A stretch of 42,480 nt of DNA, from assembly GCF_018977255.1 (NCBI RefSeq), contig NW_024705462.1, forward strand, positions 1 to 42,480, written 5' to 3'. Position numbers and translations under genes: made by a program. Positions within the stretch are counted from its first letter, which is position 1; the number at the start of each line of letters is the position of its first letter. Under the pieces are notes generated by a model, which made no database searches, had not been told where the DNA came from, and worked only from the letters and a program-made list of their open reading frames with translations. Below, piece by piece: positions 35,296-42,480 of this stretch. Source of the DNA: Callorhinchus milii (Eukaryota).

Positions 35296-37077
35296 ATTGT
35301 GTATTTGCGTGTGTGTGTTTGTGTGTGTGAGTGTGTGCGCATGTCTGCTGGTATGTGCGTGGTTGTGTCTGTGTGCTTGCACGTTTGTGTGTTTGGTTGT
35401 GTGTATGTGTATTTATGTTTGTGTGTTTTTCTGTGTGTGTTTGTGTATGGGTGTTTTGTGTGTGTGTATTCGCGTATGTTTGTCTGTGTGAATCTATGTA
35501 TGTGTTTTTATGTCTGTGTCTGTATTTGATTTTGTGTTTCTTTGTTTGTCTGTGTGTTTTTGAGTGTGTGTCTGTTTGTCTTTATGTATATTTCTATGTG
35601 TATGTATGTGATTGTGTGTTGTGTTTTTGTGTGTGCGTATTTGTGAGTTTGTTTTTGTGTGTCTTTGTTTGTGTGTTTCTGTGTATATTTGTGCGTGTGT
35701 TTTCGCGTGTATGGTTATGTATGTTTGTTTATACCTGTAAGTGTGTGTGTGTAATTGTGTGCTTTTTTCTCCGTGTGTGTGTGTGTGTTTATGTGTCTGT
35801 TTGCGTGTATTTCAGTGTGTCCGTTTGTTTGTGTTTCTTTGAGTGTGTGTGTTTGTTTCTGTGTGTTTCTCTGTGTATATGTGTCTGTGTGTCTGTATCT
35901 GTGTGTGTGTATTTGTCTGTGTGACATGTGTTTGTTTGTGTGTGTATGTGTGTGCCTGCATGAGTGTGTTTGCGTGTGTTTCTGTGTGTGTGTGTTTACT
36001 TGTTTGTGGGTCGTGTGTGTGTGACTGATTGTATTTGTCTGTGGGTCATGTGTTTGTTTATGTGTGTATGTGCATGTATGTGTGTTTGTGTGCCATTTTG
36101 TTTATGTTTGTATGTGTGCTTTTGTGAGTGATTGTGCTTATGTTTGCGTGTTTGTGTGTTTGAGTGTGTGTGTTGGCGTGTGTTCGATTTTGTGTGTGTG
36201 AGTTTGTGAGTGTTTGTGGGACTTTTTGTGTGTATTTGTGTGTTTCTGTGTGTGCGTGTGAGTTTGTGTGTGTATATTTGTGTGTGCTTGTGTGTATCTG
36301 TGTATGTCTATTTATATCTGTGTGTTTGTTTGTATGTGCTGTGCTTCTGTTTCTGATTGTGTGTTTTTGAGTGTGTCTTTATGTGCGTTTGTATGTTTGT
36401 GGGTGTTTGTGTGTGCGTGTTTGTCAATCTGTTTTCGTGTACGTTTGTTTGTGTGGTTCTGTGTGTGTGTATTTGTGTTTGTTTGTGTGAATGTTTATGT
36501 ATGTTTGTGTGTGTATGCGTGTTGGTGCGTGCGTGGGTTTTTCTGTGTGTGTGTTTGCGTGTGGTTATGTTTGTGTGTATATGTGTGTGTGTTTGTGTGA
36601 ATGATTGATTGTTTGTGTGTGTGTTTGTGTTTGCTTGTGTGAGTTTCTGTGTGTGTGTTTGCGTACGTATGTGTTTGCGTGGGTGAGTTTCTGGGTATGA
36701 TTTTGTATGTGTCTGTGTGAGCGCGTTTGTGTGAGAGTGTTTGTGTGTTTGTATGTCTGCATGTGTGAGTGTGTGTATTTATGTGTGTATGTGTGTGTCT
36801 GTGTGCGCGTCTCTCTGTTTATGTGACTGTTTGTTTGTGTTTGTGTGTATATTTCTTTGGTCATGTGTTTGTGTGTATTTGTGTGTATTTGTGTGTGTGA
36901 GAGTAAGTGTGTGTCTGCGGTAATGTTTTTGTCTGTCTTTTGTGTGTGTGTGTGAGTGTGTGTTTGTGTGTATGAACTCCTACAACCTGTCCGGCATCAA
37001 ACAAACTGTGAGTGACAGTGGGTTATACACTGTGTTTACTCTGATCCATGTCATGTCTCTGTGTCTCTGATCTCCAG

Positions 37078-37248
37078 GTTGGACAGTAACAATCTGACAG
37101 CTGATTGTACCGAGGATCTGACCTCCGCTCTCAGCACAAACCACTCACTGACGGAGCTATACCTGAGTAGCAATAATCTGGGAGATTGTGGAGTGAATCG
37201 ACTGTGTGAGGCTCTGAGAAACCCGGAGTGTAAAATACAGAAACTGTG
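37078..37248 (+). CDS. NLR LRR exon E (171 bp)
   Basis: tctccag acceptor, GTAAGT donor; [57 protein letters not shown]. Confidence 0.93.
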
Positions 37249-38513
37249 GTAAGTAACGCACTGTGTCTCCAGAGTCTGAATGACTCCAATATCTCAATGT
37301 GTTCATTGTGACTGTCTGATTAGTGCGGCTGAATATTTTGATAGGAATCGGTGTGACAGTGTGAGGCCATAAACCATCGTTTACATCAAACTCTCAACGT
37401 GTATTAATGTATGTGTGTGGGTGTGTCATTTGCAACTATCTACAACGACTTTAGAACGACCCGGTTCCAGTTTACCAAATGGTTGAGTTCAGTCACTATA
37501 TTCAGGACAGAACAGCAGGTAATACACTAATAAATGGAACAATAAAGTAATACACAAGACACAAAACGGTACCGAGCGGATTTCTGTCACAGCACTGGTC
37601 GTGTCTCGCACTGCTCCGCTACGGTTCCCGAGAGATATCTAACACACCTTTGTTTAAAGACAACTGAATAACTCCAGACAAAACTGTCTTTTTTAAGACA
37701 ACTCCTTATATGGTTATATCCATAATATGTTTCAATTTCAATTCTCCCTTTAACCACAAGGACTTTCCGTGTCCCTGTAAGTCCTGACCTCATATTGCCA
37801 TTGTTTTGGGTTATGCCTTCAGTCACTGAGCTTTGCCGCCTTTGCACTTCTATTTTATATTCTTAAACCACACTTTAACATTAATCCTTGATAACACTGT
37901 GTGTATGTATGTCTCTGTGTGTGTGTGTGTGTGTGTGTCAGTGTATGCGTTTGTGCATGTGCGTGTTTGTGTATGTGTGTGTGTATTTGTGTGCGTGTGT
38001 GTCAATGCATATGCTTTTTTGTGTGTGTGTGTGTGTGTGTCTGTTTGAGTGTCTCTGTATATGTGTGCGTGTCTGTGTTTATGTGTGTATTTGCCTATGT
38101 ATGTGGGTCTGTGATTTTGTGAGTGCTTCCGTAAGTGTGTGTGTCTGTGTGAGCGATTGTTTGTGTGTGTGTTTGTCTTTGTTTCTGTGTTTGTGTTTGT
38201 GCGTGTGTTTTTGAGTATATGTATACATGTTGTGTGTCTCGATGTGTTCATATGAGTGTCTCTGTCTGTGTGTGTGTGTTTCTGCGGGTTTTTTGTATCT
38301 CAGTGTGTAGTTGTATTCAACTGTGTTTGCTTGTGTGACTTTGTGCTTGTGATTGTGTGTGTGTCAGAGCCTTGGGACGTCCGACATGAAAGGCGATATA
38401 CAACTGTAATCTTGTTGTTGTTGTTATGTGTGTTTGTGTGTGTTCCTATGAGTGTGTGCGATTGTGTGTGTGTTTGTGTGTGTTCCTGTGAGTGTGTGCG
38501 ATTGTGTGTGTGT

Positions 38514-39000
38514 ATCCCAGAGGATCGAGTTCAGGATCGTCGTCCTCACCTTTAAGGCCATCCATGGCCTCGCCCCCTCCTCCCCTCTCTGACCTGCTGA
38601 CTCCCTACCAACCTGCCCGCTCCCTCCGGCCAGTGGGCTCCGGGCTGCTCCGTGTCTCCCGCCCGACCCGCCCTCCCATCGGTGTCCGGGCTTTCAGCCT
38701 CTCTGCCTCCACACTCTGGGACTCCATCCCACGGTCCCCTCCCCTCACTTCCTCTCTTCTCTCCTTCAAGGTTGGTCTCAAGACCCTTCTCTTCCATCGA
38801 GCCTTTGGTCTCCCTCCCACCTCTCTGCCTTCCCTCACCCCTCCCCCACCCTTCCCCCACCAATCGCCACCCCTCCCCACCCCTCCCCCACCCCTCCCCA
38901 CCCCTGCCCCATGCTCAGGACCCGACTCCTGACTGTTCAGCGCTTTGGGACGTCTGCTGACGTGAAAGGCGCTCTCTAAATGCAATTTTATTGATGTTAT
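38514..39000 (+). mobile_element. L2 3' fragment (duplicate of 34811-35295; a short tail at 38367-38425)
   Basis: Same 5' truncation point and same flanks as the first copy. Confidence 0.9.
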
Positions 39001-40619
39001 TGTGTATTTGCGTGTGTGTATGTGTGTTTGTGAGTGTGTGCGTGTCTGCGGTTATGTGCGTGGTTTTGTGTGTGTGCTTGCACGTTTGTGTGTTTGGTTG
39101 TGTGTATGTGTATTTATGTTTGTTTTTCTGTGTGTGTTTGTATTTGATTTTGTGTTTCTTTGTTTTTTGTGTGTTTATGAGTGTGTGTCTGTTTGTCTTT
39201 ATGTATGTTTCTATGTGATTGTGTGTTGTGTTTTTGTGTGTGCGTATTTGTGAGTTTGTTTTTGTGTGTCTTTGTTTGTGTGTTTCTGTGTGTATTTGTG
39301 CGTGTGTTTTCGCGTGTATGGTTATATATGTTTGTATATGTCTGTGTATGTGTATTTGTGTGTGTACTTGTGTGCTTTTTTCTGTGTGTGTTTACGTGTA
39401 TGTTTGCGTGTGTTTGTGTGTGTATCCGTTTCTTTGTGTTTCTGTGAGTGTGTGTGTTTGTTTCTGTGTGTTTCTCTGTGTATGCGCGTGTGCATCACTG
39501 TGTGTGTCTGTATTTGTCTGTTCGACATGTGTTTGTTTGTGTGTGTATGTGTGTGTGCTTGCATGAGTGTGTTTGCGTGTGTGTCTGTGTGTGTACTTGT
39601 CTGTGGGTCATGTGTTTGTGTGTGTATGTATTTATGTGTGTGTGTTTGTGTGCCATTTTGTTTATGTTTGTATGTGTGCTTGTGTGAGTGATTGTGCTAA
39701 TGTTTGCGTTTGAGTGTGTGTGTTCGCGTATGTTCGATTTTGTGTGTATGAAGTTTTGAGTGCTTTTGTGAGTGTGTGTGTGTGTTTGTGTGTTTCTGTG
39801 TGCGCGTGTGAGTTTGTGTGTGTGTATATTTGTGCGTGTTTGTGTTTATGTCTGTCTATTTAAATATGTGTGTGTTTGTTTGTACATTATGTTCTTCTGT
39901 TGGTGTTTGTGTGTTTTTGAGTGTATCTCTATGTGTGTTTGTATGTTTGTGGGTGTTTGTGTGTGCGTGTTTGTCAGTCTGTTTTCGTGTACGTTTGTTT
40001 GTGTGTTTCTGTGTGTGTGTATTTGTGTGTTTGTGTGAATGTTTATGTATGTTTGTGTGTGTATGCGTGTTTTTGTGTGCGTGGGTTTGTTCTGTGTGTG
40101 TGTTTGCGTGTGGTTGTGTTTGTGTGCATATGTGTGTGCGTTTGTGTGAATGATTGATTGTTTGTGTGTGTGTTTGTGTTTCCTTGTGTGAGTTTCTGTG
40201 TTGTGTTTGCGTACGTATGTGTTTGCGTGGGTGAGTTTTTGGGTGTGATTGTGTATGTCTCTGTGTGAGCGCGTTTGTGTGAGAGTGGTTGTGTGTTTGT
40301 TTGTCTGCATGAGTGTGTGTATTTATGTGTGTATGTGTGTGTCTCTCTGTTTATGTGACTCTGTTTATGTGTGTTTGTGTGTATATTTCTGTGGGTCATG
40401 TGTTTGTATTTTTGTGTATTTGTGAGAGTAAGTGTGTATCTGCGGTGATGTTTTTGTCTGTCTTTTTTTGTCTGTGTTTGTGTGTGTTGGTGTGTGTGTG
40501 TGTTTGTGTGTATGAACTCCTGCAACCTGTCCGGCATCAAACAAACTGTGAGTGACAGTGGGTTATACCCACAGTGTTTACTCTGATCCCTGTCATGTCT
40601 CTGTGTCTCTGATCTCCAG

Positions 40620-40788
40620 GTTGGACAGTAACAGACTGACCGATGGCTGCACTGATGCTCTGGTCTCCGCTCTCAGTACAAAGCGCTCACTGAGGATCCT
40701 GGACCTGAGGTCTAAATTCCTTCACAGACGGCTCTGTCCGCGCTCTCCGCCGCCTCATACAGACCTGCACCAGTCTGGAGAGGATCGG
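40620..40788 (+). pseudogene. NLR penultimate LRR exon F (169 bp; +1 frameshift at the A-run 40714-40716)
   Basis: Removing one A gives 168 bp, LDSNRLTDGCTDALVSALSTKRSLRILDLRSNSFTDGSVRALRRLIQTCTSLERIG; GTGAGT donor. Confidence 0.85.
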
Positions 40789-40948
40789 GTGAGTGTCAGT
40801 GTTTAATGTGATAAACACACAGAGAAAGGGCTGTGTATCAGAATGGGAACAGTTTGAAGGGATTTATTTATTTATTAAACTGCGACACGAACAGTTTACA
40901 GTTTGTACCATTATCTCATGGGTTTATTTCCTGTTTAATGTGTTTCAG

Positions 40949-41036
40949 GCTGTGGGAGAATAGGTTCAGTTCAGACGGAGAGAATCAGCTGCGGTCACTG
41001 CGGGGAATCAGAGCTGAGCTGTCAGTGATAGTGTGA
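40949..41036 (+). CDS. NLR terminal coding exon (LWENRFSSDGENQLRSLRGIRAELSVIV*)
   Basis: tgtttcag acceptor, phase 2, TGA stop; candidate ATTAAA polyA signal at 41111-41116. Confidence 0.85.
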
Positions 41037-41449
41037 CACTGACTGAGGCAATGACTGTTCACACAGTCTGTGTAATATGGAATATATTCTGGACACTGTA
41101 GTGACTGATTATTAAAGATGTTGATCCTGATTCCTCTCCCATCTCTGCTCTGGGGACCGTTATTGACACACACCGCCTACGGCCGTGCGGGCGGCTGGAG
41201 AGCCCCGACCCTCAGTCACTGCTAAACTGCTGTAAGCGACCACAACTGATGCACTTTCTCTCACAGTCTCTCTCTCTCTCTCTGAATGTCAGTCCCTCTC
41301 AGTTTATATATTTCCGTCTCCCTATTTCAGGCTTTCTCTTTCGTTTTCTTTCTTAGTCTCCGTCTCTCTCTCTCTATCTCTCTCTCTGTGGTGTGTGTGT
41401 GTGTGTGTGTGTGTTTGCCTCAGTCAGTGCTGGTCTATGAGATACTGGG

Positions 41450-42480
41450 CGAGAGAGCAGTCAGTCTGTGAGAGAGAGAGAGAGAGAGCAGTCAGTGTGT
41501 GTGTGTGAGAGAGAGCAGTCAGTGTGTGTGTGTGAGAGAGCAGTCAGTGAGTGTGTGTGTGTGTGTGAGGCAGTCAATGTGTGTGTGTGTGTGAGAAAGC
41601 AGTCAGTGAGTGTGTGTCTGTGTGTGAGGCAGTCATTGTGTGTGTGTGAGAGCAGTCAGTCTGTGTGTGGGGGGAGAGAGCAGTCATTATGTGTGTGAGC
41701 AGTTAGTGTGTGTGTATGTGTGTGTGTGGGGGGAGAGCAGTCAGTATGTGTGTGGGGGAGAGCAGTCAGTGTGTATGAGAGAGCAGTTAGTGTGTTTGTA
41801 TGTGAGCAGTTAGTATGTGAGAGCAGTCAGTGTGTGTGTGTGTGTGAGCAGTCAGTGTGTGTGAGAGCAGTCAGTATGTGTGTAGGTGAATGTGTGTGTG
41901 AGAGAGCAGTCAGTGTGTGTGTGAGAGAGCAGTTAATGTGTGTGTGAGCAGTCAGTGTGTGTGAGAGCAGTCAGTATGTGTGTAGGTGTGTGTGTCTATG
42001 TGAGAGCAGTCAGTATGTGTGTAGGTGTGTGTGTCTATGTGAGAGCAGTCAGTATGTGTGTAGGTGTGTGTGTGTCTATGTGAGAGCAGTCAGTATGTGT
42101 GTGTGTGTGTGTGAGGGGGGGAGAGCAGTCAGTGTGTGTGTGTGAGAGAGTGTAGTCAGTGTGTGTGTGTGAGAGAGCAGTCAATGTGGAGGAGAGCAGT
42201 CAGTGTGTGTGTGTGAGAGAGAGAGCAGTCAGTGTGTGTGTGAGAGCAGTCAGTGTGTGTGTGAGAGCAGTCAGTGTGTGTGTCTGGGAGCAGTCAGTGT
42301 GTGTGTGTGAGAGAGAGTAGTCAGTGTGTCTGTTTGTGTGTGTGAGAGCAGTCTGTGTGTGAGTGTATGTGAGAGAGAGCAGTCAGTGTGTGTGTGAGCA
42401 GTCAGTGTGTGTGTGTGTGTGAGAGAGAGAGTAGTCAGTGTGTGTGTGTGTGTGAGAGAGAGAGTAGTCATGTTGTGTGT
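41450..42480 (+). repeat. Minisatellite gagagcagtcagtgtgtgtgt with variable TG/AG spacer
   Basis: Dozens of agcagtcagt cores. Confidence 0.92.

Larger units (their letters stand above)
33790..40700. repeat. ~3.6 kb tandem duplication (33790-37160 versus 37428-40700), each unit ending in an LRR exon
   Basis: Same order in both units: island, TG tract, short L2 tail, L2 3' fragment, TG tract, gaactcct..caacctgtccggcatcaaac, acceptor, LDSN exon. Confidence 0.92.

Noticed and set aside
33779..37896. Paired LTRs of a full LTR retrotransposon
   Set aside because: The two copies belong to a larger tandem duplication, and the interior has no gag/pol but contains an LRR exon.
31164..40788. Compensating -1/+1 frameshifts restoring the NLR frame
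   Set aside because: The shifted frame hits TGA at 31195-31197 inside exon D.
30184..42471. Many Cys/Val-rich or His/Thr-rich ORFs (also at 610-1169 and 10514-14041)
   Set aside because: They are translations of (TG)n, (CA)n and (GA)n low-complexity DNA, with no domain signal.

Overview
Eukaryotic, repeat-dense vertebrate DNA, most likely from a cartilaginous fish. This is inferred from the CR1/L2/tRNA-SINE repertoire and the shark-type NLR and TRIM exon structure. The window is a rearranged innate-immune gene region with three genes or gene fragments. (1) Minus strand: a spliced C-type lectin gene with a 5' UTR exon at ~16.6 kb, a signal-peptide exon (13186-13225), a CTLD exon (9881-10258) and Pro/Thr/Ser-rich stalk exons (8.2-8.8 kb). 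It is accompanied by two 5'-truncated CTLD pseudo-exons, a recent ~2.9 kb tandem duplicate of the 3' end, and an exact 485-bp inverted copy at the window start. (2) Minus strand: an orphan TRIM coiled-coil cassette (96/231/23-bp exons) with no RING/B-box or PRY-SPRY exons in view. (3) Plus strand: seven ribonuclease-inhibitor-type LRR exons forming the 3' half of an NLR gene, expanded by tandem duplication, with no NACHT exon in view. The TRIM and NLR remnants sit head-to-head across a chimeric L2 fragment. A young, almost intact L2 LINE (3418-6556) and a tRNA-SINE (7638-7950) are inserted in only one of two ~99.5% identical duplicate copies. Several frameshifts fall in homopolymer runs and may be assembly errors. 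Most short ORFs in the supplied track are translations of TG/AG simple repeats.
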